A DNA stretch of 64,000 nucleotides from Pseudomonadota bacterium (GCA_043825875.1 JBDRRF010000076.1:160001-224000); one strand, 5' to 3'. Positions 17,324-25,895 are shown, counted from the first letter of the stretch. Program-made: numbers and translations. Notes: a model not told the origin generated them from the letters alone.

Positions 17324-18370
17324 TTAAACCCTTTTCAGGTATAATGGTATATATATTAACCGGAGAGTGTTTTCGCTGAGGTATAAGTTGAACTTTTCAA
17401 TATGAACGGTATCTCTTGTTATGCTTTTAAGCAAAAAGGGGTTTCTTTTGATCTTTTGTAAAAAAGCATAAAGATCTATTGCAAAACCGCTATTGCTTTT
17501 AATCTTATAAGGTTTACTTCTCTCTTTTAATTTTATTTCACCTTTATTATTTGTAATTGCTTCATTTGCAAGAAAGTATTCTATAATTTTAAAAAGAATT
17601 TGATCTCTGGGATTAATTCTTATTTCTCGTTCTTTTTCTTTTTGCTTTATTTTTGCAATGCTTTTCTTTTTGCTTTCCAGGTATTTCTTTTCGGCTGCTG
17701 GCCGTAATTCATCACTTTCACTCATAAACCGATGTATTAAAAATGCGTCCATTTTTGCTCTATTAATTGTTGCTGCTCGTTTTGAGTACGTTCGGGCATC
17801 TTCAAGATACTTCATAGAAGAACTATCTTCTTCAAATCTCATACCTTCCACTAAAAAACTTTTTACAGAGAATATTGCCATTTCAATAGCAAACAGATTA
17901 AACAGTGCCTCCGAATCGATTTTTTCCCTCGCGCCTGGACTTACTCCATTAGTGCAAAGTGCCTCTCGCCATATTACCTCTTCTGGAATGCCACATTCGC
18001 CTTTCATCCCTGAATAGTTGTTACGATATCTTTTAAAAAGTGCTGCTGAAGCATTTAAACTATCCGTGTAAATAGAATCTGCTCCCCGTTTGTAAATAGC
18101 GCGTAAATCTTCAAGAAATTTTGCAGGAAAACCGATAAGGCTTTCAATAACCTTTGAGGAAGGCCAAAGAGAATTCCCTAAGCATGGCACGTTATCTTCA
18201 AGGTGAAAACAAACAATAAAATTTGTGCGGCATTCTCTTATAATTAAAAGGCATTCTTGGAAGTATTTACTTTCAATTTCCAAAGATTCCAACCGCTGAA
18301 TATCTCCAAATATCGGGCATCGTTCATTATAAAATTCTGTTTTATAAGGATTGTTTTCAAGTTTATTCAT
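17324..18370 (-). CDS. Hypothetical protein between integrase/TA and alpA
   Basis: 348-aa ORF with no recognised motif. Confidence 0.75.
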   Translation of the reverse strand: MNKLENNPYKTEFYNERCPIFGDIQRLESLEIESKYFQECLLIIRECRTNFIVCFHLEDNVPCLGNSLWPSSKVIESLIGFPAKFLEDLRAIYKRGADSIYTDSLNASAALFKRYRNNYSGMKGECGIPEEVIWREALCTNGVSPGAREKIDSEALFNLFAIEMAIFSVKSFLVEGMRFEEDSSSMKYLEDARTYSKRAATINRAKMDAFLIHRFMSESDELRPAAEKKYLESKKKSIAKIKQKEKEREIRINPRDQILFKIIEYFLANEAITNNKGEIKLKERSKPYKIKSNSGFAIDLYAFLQKIKRNPFLLKSITRDTVHIEKFNLYLSENTLRLIYIPLYLKRV

Positions 18371-18459
18371 TGCTTGTCCATTTGCAATGCGTCCTGAAAT
18401 TTATTGAGGGAAGCTGGCAGGACATTTCCAGCTTATCGGCCCGTCGGCCTATCCCTCAA
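18371..18459 (-). ncRNA. Structured leader RNA (possibly int-alpA motif family), copy 1
   Basis: Outer stem TTGAGGGA/TCCCTCAA enclosing TAGGCC..GGCCGATA and an AGCTGG/CCAGCT hairpin with loop TGTCCTG, which is complementary to downstream CAGGAC and GGACA just before the ATG. Confidence 0.65.
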
Positions 18460-18471
18460 AAGTATTTGTAA

Positions 18472-18822
18472 TCACATAAGCACCCGGTAATCAATCTTGA
18501 GTGCATCGCCAAATAACCGGGCATTTTTCCGGCCTATAACCCTTTTCCCGTTTTCCATTTCAGAAATGTGACGCTGAGGGATTCCGGTCAATTCGGAAAG
18601 TTGCCCTTGCGTCAAACCCTCTTTATGCCTTGCGCCTGATAGGGCGACACCGGGAGAATTGTCTTTAAATTCAGGAAAGGCATCTCTCCAGGGAATAGTA
18701 TCCGATGCATCCTTATAGCCGATAGACTTCATCAACTTGACGGCCTTATCTTTCTCCGACACCGGCCCGGAGAACGTTAATACAATGCTTTTAGTACGGC
18801 GCTTTTTCGTGTGTTCCAGCAT
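18472..18822 (-). CDS. XRE-family HTH antitoxin (HigA-like)
   Basis: ARHKEGLTQGQLSELTGIPQRHISEMENGKR. Downstream of and overlapping a RelE-like toxin. Confidence 0.88.
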   Translation of the reverse strand: MLEHTKKRRTKSIVLTFSGPVSEKDKAVKLMKSIGYKDASDTIPWRDAFPEFKDNSPGVALSGARHKEGLTQGQLSELTGIPQRHISEMENGKRVIGRKNARLFGDALKIDYRVLM

Positions 18823-19072
18823 AAACAACCTCGATCAATTGTATTTCATTATCAATAATCTGCCAAACCGCAACATAGGTCGGCTGACCCTTTTTTAAAT
18901 GGCAATGGTGCCTCTGATCTTTCAGTTTGCCATAATTTGGCCAGTTGCCCCTTATCGGCCCTTTGAGTTCAATCTCTCTCAACAGGGCAAAAAGAGATTT
19001 CTTCGCCCTGACAGGCAACCGGTCAATCATCTTGTTTATCCGCCTGGGAATTACCACCTGCCATTTAATCAT
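18791..19072 (-). CDS. RelE/HigB-superfamily toxin
   Basis: 93 aa, basic, WPNYGKL...HHCHLKKG.PTYV..W...EVVYAGTHEKAPY. Toxin-first order. Confidence 0.8.
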   Translation of the reverse strand: MIKWQVVIPRRINKMIDRLPVRAKKSLFALLREIELKGPIRGNWPNYGKLKDQRHHCHLKKGQPTYVAVWQIIDNEIQLIEVVYAGTHEKAPY

Positions 19073-19162
19073 GATAATAATATACCTTTTTTTAGTATCA
19101 AATCAAGATTTATTTTTTATCGTTTACATTTGCCGCTTCTTATCGGCCCGTCGGCCTATCCC

Positions 19163-20332
19163 TCAAACTTCGTTTGCTGCTTTAACCTTTGATGTTTTGT
19201 TCGCTGGCTTGTTTATTATATCCCCTGCAAGCGCTGAGGCTCTTTTCAATGCGTCATCTCGCAAGTGTGCATACCTTTGAGTCATTAGCGGGCTCTTATG
19301 AGTCAGAAGCCTTTGCAAGGTGTATAAGTCAACTTGCCCAGAGCTTGCCAACACAGACGCATAAACATGACGGAGCCCATGCATCGGCCTAAATCCAACA
19401 GGAAGTCCAGCCTTGTTTCGGATACGGTCAACGCTTTTTCTATTCAAAGTAGTTAAATGAGATCCTTCCCTTTGCCCTGGGAAAATCCATCCATTACTTC
19501 CTGCTTTTTCTATTTTTTCTAATACAGCTAACGCAGAGCCGTTTAAAGGGATACTCTGATCTTGCCCGCCCTTTGGGTTACGGATTGTAATAAAACCCCG
19601 CTCAAAGTCAATGTCCTGCCATTTTAACCGGAATATTTCGCCCCGTCTCATGCCTGTATAAAGTGCAAGTTTCATAATACTTGCCGTTGTCTGATCTTCA
19701 TCTCTCTCTAAAACAGCCAGTAAAGATTTAATCTGATATTCTGTTAGATCTTCTGTTGTTTGGTTGTTCAATCTTGGGATTTCAATTTTAAAAGTAATAG
19801 GAGAAGTCTTGCCCTTTTTCACGCCATAATTGAGAGTCCGGCGAAGGATTTCAAGCACCCTTGCTGCTGTTGTCTTATGTCCCTTTTTTAATAACCCCAA
19901 ACGGAGCCGATCAACATCAAGCGGAAGAAGTTGACCCGGTTCTTTATCGCCAAGCACCTGCCTTATGTGAACATCGAATTTTCTTTTCTCCGCATTTATA
20001 ATTTTATTGTATGGATTATTTTCACAGTATGAATCCCAAAGTTTCGCAATAGTCCATCGGGTATTTACAGCTTCCTTCCTTGCCTTTTCAACTTCTCTTT
20101 TTTCTGTATTTGAAGTTTGATTCCCTTCAATTTTTTGTGCCCGGATACGCGCTGCCTTTGCAGGAGTCATATCATCTTGGAATTGACGCCCCACTTTTTC
20201 ATCAATTGCTTTCCCTGCTTTCCGATAACGGATATAATAAATCCTTTCCGGCCGGCCTGTAACTATTCCCTTGCTTTCAATATAATATACTCCAGGATAT
20301 TTTGTCTTGATTCGTAAAAATGATTTTGGCAT
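19163..20332 (-). CDS. int: Tyrosine recombinase / site-specific integrase
   Basis: LYTGMRRGE, K in NPKGG, HGLRH, LLTHKSPLMTQRYAH catalytic motifs. Adjacent to the att repeat. Confidence 0.95.
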   Translation of the reverse strand: MPKSFLRIKTKYPGVYYIESKGIVTGRPERIYYIRYRKAGKAIDEKVGRQFQDDMTPAKAARIRAQKIEGNQTSNTEKREVEKARKEAVNTRWTIAKLWDSYCENNPYNKIINAEKRKFDVHIRQVLGDKEPGQLLPLDVDRLRLGLLKKGHKTTAARVLEILRRTLNYGVKKGKTSPITFKIEIPRLNNQTTEDLTEYQIKSLLAVLERDEDQTTASIMKLALYTGMRRGEIFRLKWQDIDFERGFITIRNPKGGQDQSIPLNGSALAVLEKIEKAGSNGWIFPGQREGSHLTTLNRKSVDRIRNKAGLPVGFRPMHGLRHVYASVLASSGQVDLYTLQRLLTHKSPLMTQRYAHLRDDALKRASALAGDIINKPANKTSKVKAANEV

Positions 20333-20532
20333 TTTAAACCTCTTTTTGTTCCCCACACTACACAATAATTATAACCACTGCTTTTTATTCCCCACACTAT
20401 TCCCCACACATAAATTAAATATACAGGTAATAAAAAGTAAGTCAATAAAAATAATACTCAATAATAATCTATTATTTCAAGGTATTTAATGACATAAATA
20501 AAAAGGAAGGTAAATTAAGGTAAATAGCTTAA

Positions 20533-20585
20533 AAGTGGCTGTTAACCACTTTGTCCGCGGTTCGAGTCCGTGCTGGGGAGCCAAA
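20533..20585 (+). repeat. att core, right copy (duplicated 3' part of tRNA-Asn)
   Basis: Identical to 12247-12299. Lacks the tRNA 5' acceptor strand and D-arm. Confidence 0.95.
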
Positions 20586-20591
20586 AATTAT

Positions 20592-20621
20592 AGCCCGTTC
20601 ATTAATTGAGCGGGCTTTTTT
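20592..20621 (+). terminator. Original tRNA-Asn terminator (displaced by integration)
   Basis: agcccgttca-ttaat-tgagcgggct followed by a T-run. Confidence 0.8.
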
Positions 20622-20781
20622 ATTGGATTTTATCATGTGATACGTATATATTAGTAATAGTTACGGTTTATAAATAACTTATGTTTTCGGAAATGCGTTC
20701 AATCCCATAAGGATGTATTGAAAAACCAAAATGGGAAAAGACGGAAATCGATACGAATTCAAATTCCCGTCTTTTTTTGTT

Positions 20782-21468
20782 TTATACTTCTTCAGCAGAT
20801 GCGCTTTCAGAACATAATCCGCGAGATGCTTTTTCCCAATCTTCTACTTCTTCGCCTTCTTCGATTTCTTCCCACCCGGTAATCATGGCCTTTATATGTG
20901 CAAAAATTGAGTGGCCGGTTGTAGTCATATAAACATGCACAACGATAAACGCGAGGATGGAGAATGCTCCGGCCAAATGAATCAGCGCCACAACGTTTAA
21001 AGAAAGAAAATCAAGTCCCCAACTCTCCCAGGAATTATATGTCCAGTAGAAAATTCCCGTGAACATCTGGATGGGCAAAAGCATTGCTGCCAGAAAGAGA
21101 TAGGTCAGTCGTTGTAATGGATTGTGTTTGGCGCCTTTTCGTTTCGGCACCGGGTGCGATTCGCCTTTAAAAATACCAAAACCATAGTAATGTACGACCT
21201 CCAACAGCTTTTTTGTAGTTGGAATATACTGTTTCCATTCACCGGTCGTAAATATCCAGAACACGAAAAACGCAAAAGCAATCAGCCAGGTAATGCCAAG
21301 GAAATTATGCACCTCAACAGCCCGTTCAAAACCAATTAGCGAGTAAACACCGTGGATTTCAAAACCTGTTATAAGCAGCAAAAAGATCAGAAGCATTTGC
21401 AGCCAGTGCCAGAAACGCTCGTAGCGGGTGTACAGATAGGTGGTTATAAGTTTTATTGAATGCATCAA
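20782..21468 (-). CDS. Cytochrome b/b6-domain membrane subunit (PhsC/FdnI-like)
   Basis: ERFWHW, HN, KHNPLQRLTY, H..GA, HVYM. Four TM segments. Confidence 0.9.
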   Translation of the reverse strand: MMHSIKLITTYLYTRYERFWHWLQMLLIFLLLITGFEIHGVYSLIGFERAVEVHNFLGITWLIAFAFFVFWIFTTGEWKQYIPTTKKLLEVVHYYGFGIFKGESHPVPKRKGAKHNPLQRLTYLFLAAMLLPIQMFTGIFYWTYNSWESWGLDFLSLNVVALIHLAGAFSILAFIVVHVYMTTTGHSIFAHIKAMITGWEEIEEGEEVEDWEKASRGLCSESASAEEV

Positions 21469-23100
21469 TTACTCCTCCTTCTTACGACCATTGGTAAAGA
21501 TCCTGCCCAGAGCGTGGAGAACAATACCACCAAATGAACATAGAACAATGGCCCATCCGGCAAAGTCGATAATATTGACTTTGTCGCGTCCCGGCATATA
21601 AAACCCAGCCAGATTGGCCAGACGGCTGTCAGGCCGTGTGTGACACTGACTGCATTTCAGCGCTTCTTCCCTGGGAGAAACCATATGGGTGCTTGGAAAA
21701 ACATAGGCAGTTTCTACAAAGTCAATTTTGCCGCTAAATGGCAGATCCAGATATTTTGCGCCCCGCTGAATGGAATCCTGCCAGTCAAAAGTGGTCCAGT
21801 ATCCATGTTCTCCTGATAAAAGCGGCGTTGTCATTGTTTTGTTTACCGTGTCATAGGGCTGTTTGCCCGAATGAATATTAAAGGGGAAAATACGTGCGTT
21901 TTTATCATTACGATTTCCATTCGGCCAGGCCAGTTTGACTATCTTGCTCGGATCAATCATATCTTTGGCTGTGACCCCTTTGATGGAACCGTTGAACCAC
22001 AGATATTTTGGGATCACATTTTTTTCCCATTTTGTATCTCCTTTGGTCGTTTGATATACGGGCTTTCCGAAAGGACCGTATACATCATAAGGCTTTCCGT
22101 CTTTTTTCTTTCCTGCCTTGGACCAGTCCCACCATCTTTGAACAGGTAAAACTTTCGCAATAACAGGAACATGACAGGCCTGACATGCAACCTTGTCCGT
22201 ATGGTCATTCATTTTACTGCTTAACGCATGAGGCTTGTCACTGTGACAGGATTCACACATAATTTTGGGTTCAAGATCGTGCTCAAGAAGGCTGTGACGC
22301 GTTTCAGAAGCCGGTGTTCCGTAAATCCTTCCTGCAACATGGTGCGCAATGGTTGTATGGCATCTGGTGCACTCAAAATCCTGGCCATCATATCCCATAT
22401 GAACATCGAGTTCTTTGTTGGGATTAATTAAAGAAGGATCCAGATCACCATGCTTAACACCATCTCCACCTCCACCGGAAAAATGACAGGTACCGCAGTT
22501 TTTGCGCGTTGGGCGTCCGATACTCTGGACAACTTCGTGGATTTCAGCCTGAGCGTCTTTGGCAAGAGCTTTTTCTTCCGGATCTTTTGACTCAGCAAAA
22601 TACTTATAATCTCCAAAAACCTCTTCCCAGTTGATTTTTTTCCGGCCATGACATTTCAGACAATCGATTTCTGTTTTCTTGCCTTCCTCATTCCATCCAA
22701 TGTGACATTCGTTGCAGTGATGATCATTCATTGCATTGGCTGAAATACAAAAATTGTTTACCGAATATCCGGCCTTGCCCATTTTATTATCCTTTGGTGA
22801 ATTGGGATCAAGCCACGTCCAGTGAAGCGTTTTTTTCAACTGGTTGGCCGCTTCTGTATGGCATGAAAGACAGGCTTTACTGATTTCGGGTCCTGATGTA
22901 AAATTTTGATTCAATGCTTTAAACTGTGAATGATCAGCTGTGGTAGTATTCTTTGCTTCTTTAACTACCTGCCGGGCAAGTTCCAAACCGGGTGCATCCT
23001 GATCCTGATTTGCAAATAAAAGTGTAGACGCAAAAAACAGGAAACATATCCACAGGAAGAATAATACATAACTTTTATGTGTTAATTTAAACCTCATCAT
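21469..23100 (-). CDS. Octaheme c-type cytochrome, tetrathionate reductase (OTR) family
   Basis: Eight CxxCH motifs, HWTW, NNFC, CHF.GGGGDGVKHGDLD, signal peptide, C-terminal TM anchor. Confidence 0.92.
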   Translation of the reverse strand: MMRFKLTHKSYVLFFLWICFLFFASTLLFANQDQDAPGLELARQVVKEAKNTTTADHSQFKALNQNFTSGPEISKACLSCHTEAANQLKKTLHWTWLDPNSPKDNKMGKAGYSVNNFCISANAMNDHHCNECHIGWNEEGKKTEIDCLKCHGRKKINWEEVFGDYKYFAESKDPEEKALAKDAQAEIHEVVQSIGRPTRKNCGTCHFSGGGGDGVKHGDLDPSLINPNKELDVHMGYDGQDFECTRCHTTIAHHVAGRIYGTPASETRHSLLEHDLEPKIMCESCHSDKPHALSSKMNDHTDKVACQACHVPVIAKVLPVQRWWDWSKAGKKKDGKPYDVYGPFGKPVYQTTKGDTKWEKNVIPKYLWFNGSIKGVTAKDMIDPSKIVKLAWPNGNRNDKNARIFPFNIHSGKQPYDTVNKTMTTPLLSGEHGYWTTFDWQDSIQRGAKYLDLPFSGKIDFVETAYVFPSTHMVSPREEALKCSQCHTRPDSRLANLAGFYMPGRDKVNIIDFAGWAIVLCSFGGIVLHALGRIFTNGRKKEE

Positions 23101-23198
23101 AGTATATCCATTTTTTTATTGCTGCCAAGGCACAAGAGACACAAATAAAGAAGTAGAAAATATGTCTTTGCGCCTTTCGACATTCATATCAAATAAAT

Positions 23199-23543
23199 CT
23201 ACTTGCATTTTGCCGGGGATGGAGAATCTGCCGCATGTTCATATAAATACGAATAAATGTCGTTCAAATCTTTTTCTGACAATTTGCTCCATTCTTCACT
23301 GCATTTAAACTGATCAAAATCTTTTTTTTCGAAAGTCCGCTTCCATTGGGCCTGTGTTTTTGAATCAGGACTCAATAGCGGTTTGGGAGAATCAATTTCA
23401 CCACGCTTGCTGCACGCTTTATAAACATTACGATACGTGTATTTACCTTTTCGCGAATTGCCGTCTTCACCGGCAAAACCAATACCGATAGAAGTAAATA
23501 CAAAACCAATTACCATTAAAGTTAATACTACTTTTTTTAACAT
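23199..23543 (-). CDS. Small exported cytochrome-c-like protein (no intact CxxCH)
   Basis: Signal peptide, GNSRKGKY..R, LSP.SKTQAQW.R.F, HAADSPSPAKC. Confidence 0.65.
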   Translation of the reverse strand: MLKKVVLTLMVIGFVFTSIGIGFAGEDGNSRKGKYTYRNVYKACSKRGEIDSPKPLLSPDSKTQAQWKRTFEKKDFDQFKCSEEWSKLSEKDLNDIYSYLYEHAADSPSPAKCK

Positions 23544-23589
23544 GTTACCTCCTTATATTTATTAAAAATTATATTGCTTAGGATTTTAA

Positions 23590-23904
23590 TTAAAAAACCA
23601 CATATCGATCCATGTTAGCCACCATTTCAGCATTTTTTGCCTGGGTGGCAAAGTCTTTGAAACCAACGCCAGGAACCTCATCTTCACGCCCGTGCAACCC
23701 ATTAGCTCTGAAACTGACATCACATATTGCCAGTTTTGCTTTTCCCACCAGTTTCTTAAAATCAGGTTTAAGCGTCAGAAGCACACCCTTTCCTGTAAAA
23801 AATATATGAACATCTTTTCCTTTCAAATGGGCGGCCCGTGTCAGGTTGACAACATAATCAAGATGCTTATCAGTATTTACAAGAATACCCAGCGTATCAG
23901 CCAT
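23590..23904 (-). CDS. DsrE-family sulfur relay protein
   Basis: VHIFFTGKGVLL, ICDVS with conserved Cys, DRYVVF end. Confidence 0.8.
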   Translation of the reverse strand: MADTLGILVNTDKHLDYVVNLTRAAHLKGKDVHIFFTGKGVLLTLKPDFKKLVGKAKLAICDVSFRANGLHGREDEVPGVGFKDFATQAKNAEMVANMDRYVVF

Positions 23905-23948
23905 AGCCTTTACTCCTTCCTAAAATTGATATTGATGTCATTTACTTG

Positions 23949-24122
23949 CTACCACCAGCAAATGACCTTATCGTGTAAAAAAATATCATCCACAAGCCCT
24001 TCCCAGTCAACATTGCCTTCATATAGCATTATAACAGATGACTGATTCTCTTTGGAAACAGCTTCGCCAAGTTTTTCAACGGTTTCATCCGGTTCTGATC
24101 TTAGGATATTAAGTACTTTCAT
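23949..24122 (-). CDS. DsrH/TusB-like small protein (57 aa, below ORF-track cutoff)
   Basis: MKVLNILRSEPDE...VDWEGLVDDIFLHDKVICWW resembles the DsrH C-terminus. Fills the operon gap and has an AGGA RBS. Confidence 0.75.
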   Translation of the reverse strand: MKVLNILRSEPDETVEKLGEAVSKENQSSVIMLYEGNVDWEGLVDDIFLHDKVICWW

Positions 24123-24133
24123 TTTATTATCCT

Positions 24134-24421
24134 TTAAAATGGTATTACAAGGTCAGCTTCATTGATTTTTACACCAACATCCGCCAGGGTAATATATTTA
24201 AAGCCGTATTTTTCCACATTGGCCGAATTATTTGAAAACCTTTCACCTTCCATTTCATCTAAAAATTCCATATTGTCACTATACGCCTCATCCATGTTGG
24301 AAATTTCATGGTGAAGAACAAACATCTGAACGTTTGTGTCCTCAAGCAAAAGACCCAGGCTGGTTCTAAGCCCCTCATACTGTTGATCTGTATCTTTGAT
24401 GATAACTGCAACTTTTTTCAT
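24134..24421 (-). CDS. DsrF/TusC-like protein (DsrE/F family)
   Basis: MKKVAVII...EGLR.SLGL...ADLVIPF. Confidence 0.7.
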   Translation of the reverse strand: MKKVAVIIKDTDQQYEGLRTSLGLLLEDTNVQMFVLHHEISNMDEAYSDNMEFLDEMEGERFSNNSANVEKYGFKYITLADVGVKINEADLVIPF

Positions 24422-24430
24422 GATTGACTT

Positions 24431-24676
24431 TTACCCCTTTTTAATAAAATATCTTGTGTGGCCTTCTGAAGAATCCAGCATGCCGATAAACTGATTTCCC
24501 CCTTTATTTCCAAAATCAGGTATGTCCTTTTTTGATCCCGGATCAGTTCCTAATATTTCCAGAATTTCACCGGATGCCATTTCTTTTAAGGCTTTTTTTG
24601 TCTTTAAAAGCGGCATGGGGCAAGTAAGGCCACGGGTGTCTAAGACATTGTTTGGTTGAATATTTTCAAGATCCAT
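24431..24676 (-). CDS. tusA: Sulfurtransferase TusA family
   Basis: LDTRGLTCPMPLLKTKKAL, TDPGS..DI. Confidence 0.92.
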   Translation of the reverse strand: MDLENIQPNNVLDTRGLTCPMPLLKTKKALKEMASGEILEILGTDPGSKKDIPDFGNKGGNQFIGMLDSSEGHTRYFIKKG

Positions 24677-24700
24677 AAATATAACTCCTCTTTCCTGTTA

Positions 24701-25870
24701 TCAAAATATAACAAATTTTTCCGTTTCTTCATTCCACATGGCAACCAGAACCCAGACCAGAAAAAACACCAACATAAAAGGTATAGTAATTTGCCATGTA
24801 AGTATATCCGGTATAAACATGTCCTGGCCGAGTTTTTCATACAGGTTGCTGTTAAGCAAAACTTTAGACACTAGTGAATTGGTCAGCACAAATGTCACCA
24901 GAGTCACCATAAGCTTGGTTTGCCCTTCACCCACACGCCATAAAGTACCACTGGCACACCCTCCGGCCAGAATCATCCCGATACCGAAAATAAAACCGCC
25001 CATCAAGCTGCCTAAAACAAAAGGATGGTAAACACCCATAGACGGCTCCTGGAGATACGCCCATTTTATTACAGCTGTTCCCGTAAAATAAATGATAATA
25101 CTAATCACCACCACTTTTACCATTTTCGCCTCACCGGTCATGAATGGATCACGAAAGGGGCGCACAAAACAAAATCGCGAACGATGCATAACCATACCGA
25201 TTAAAAAGCCGAAAAAAAGCCATCCACCCAACTGTGTCTTGTTTAAAAATGCATAGGTATAAAAAACAACGATTATACCGATGGCCACCACCACCCCTAC
25301 ATACGGTTGGATTTTTAGCCAATCAAAGGTCTTGGGTTTTGTTGCATCTTTTGGTTTTGCATAAACCGTCTGGCTCGGAATATTCTCCATTTCCCAGAGC
25401 AAATAACGAAGGCCCACCCATGCACCTGCACCTAAGCCGATCATCATTGCAAATCCGCCTGCCGACATCATGACAACGGCAGAAAAGAAGCCGCCCACAT
25501 TACAACCCTTGGCCATTGAAGCCCCGGCGCCCATAAGTATTCCGCCCACAAGACCTTTTGCATATTCAAGTTTGGGCGCCGGATGGATTTTAAATTGACG
25601 TGCCATAAGTGCTGAAACAAAGGCTCCGGTTACGATACCGGCATCGGACAGTGAAACCGGATGAAGCCAGGATGCCACAGGACGTTCTTTGTATGCTCCC
25701 ACAAGATAGTAAAACCAGTCACCCCAGTTATTTAAACCTGCTGCAATTCCCCAGGGACTCTGCCAAAGGAACATCATAAGCGCAATGATGGCAACTAATA
25801 TACCAGCCAACCATGAGGGCCATTCCTGTTCAAAAACAGCAATGTAGTAATTTCGTATTTCCGTTTTCAT
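24701..25870 (-). CDS. YeeE/YedE thiosulfate/sulfur-compound transporter
   Basis: GGILMG.GA..AKGCNVG, RSRFCF, GG.IFGIGMILAGGCASG. ATG 25870 with a GGGG RBS preferred. Confidence 0.9.
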   Translation of the reverse strand: MKTEIRNYYIAVFEQEWPSWLAGILVAIIALMMFLWQSPWGIAAGLNNWGDWFYYLVGAYKERPVASWLHPVSLSDAGIVTGAFVSALMARQFKIHPAPKLEYAKGLVGGILMGAGASMAKGCNVGGFFSAVVMMSAGGFAMMIGLGAGAWVGLRYLLWEMENIPSQTVYAKPKDATKPKTFDWLKIQPYVGVVVAIGIIVVFYTYAFLNKTQLGGWLFFGFLIGMVMHRSRFCFVRPFRDPFMTGEAKMVKVVVISIIIYFTGTAVIKWAYLQEPSMGVYHPFVLGSLMGGFIFGIGMILAGGCASGTLWRVGEGQTKLMVTLVTFVLTNSLVSKVLLNSNLYEKLGQDMFIPDILTWQITIPFMLVFFLVWVLVAMWNEETEKFVIF

Positions 25871-25895
25871 ATTCAATAAATCTGTCCCCTTTATA

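Larger units (their letters stand above)
18432..19167. repeat. 29-bp perfect direct repeat flanking the TA module
   Basis: cttatcggcccgtcggcctatccctcaaa at 18432-18460 and 19139-19167. Confidence 0.9.
12247..20585. mobile_element. Integrated element in tRNA-Asn (phage-satellite/PICI-like), unit length 8,286 bp
   Basis: Identical 53-bp direct repeats at 12247-12299 and 20533-20585. Tyrosine integrase adjacent to the distal repeat. AlpA-like, replication, TerS-like and TA genes inside; no capsid, tail, TerL or conjugation genes recognised. Confidence 0.93.

Noticed and set aside
20533..20585. Second tRNA-Asn gene
   Set aside because: Only the anticodon arm to CCA is present. It is the att duplication.
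23590..25870. Selenocysteine recoding in DsrE/TusA/YeeE genes
   Set aside because: All frames are open with Cys at the expected positions; no in-frame TGA is needed.
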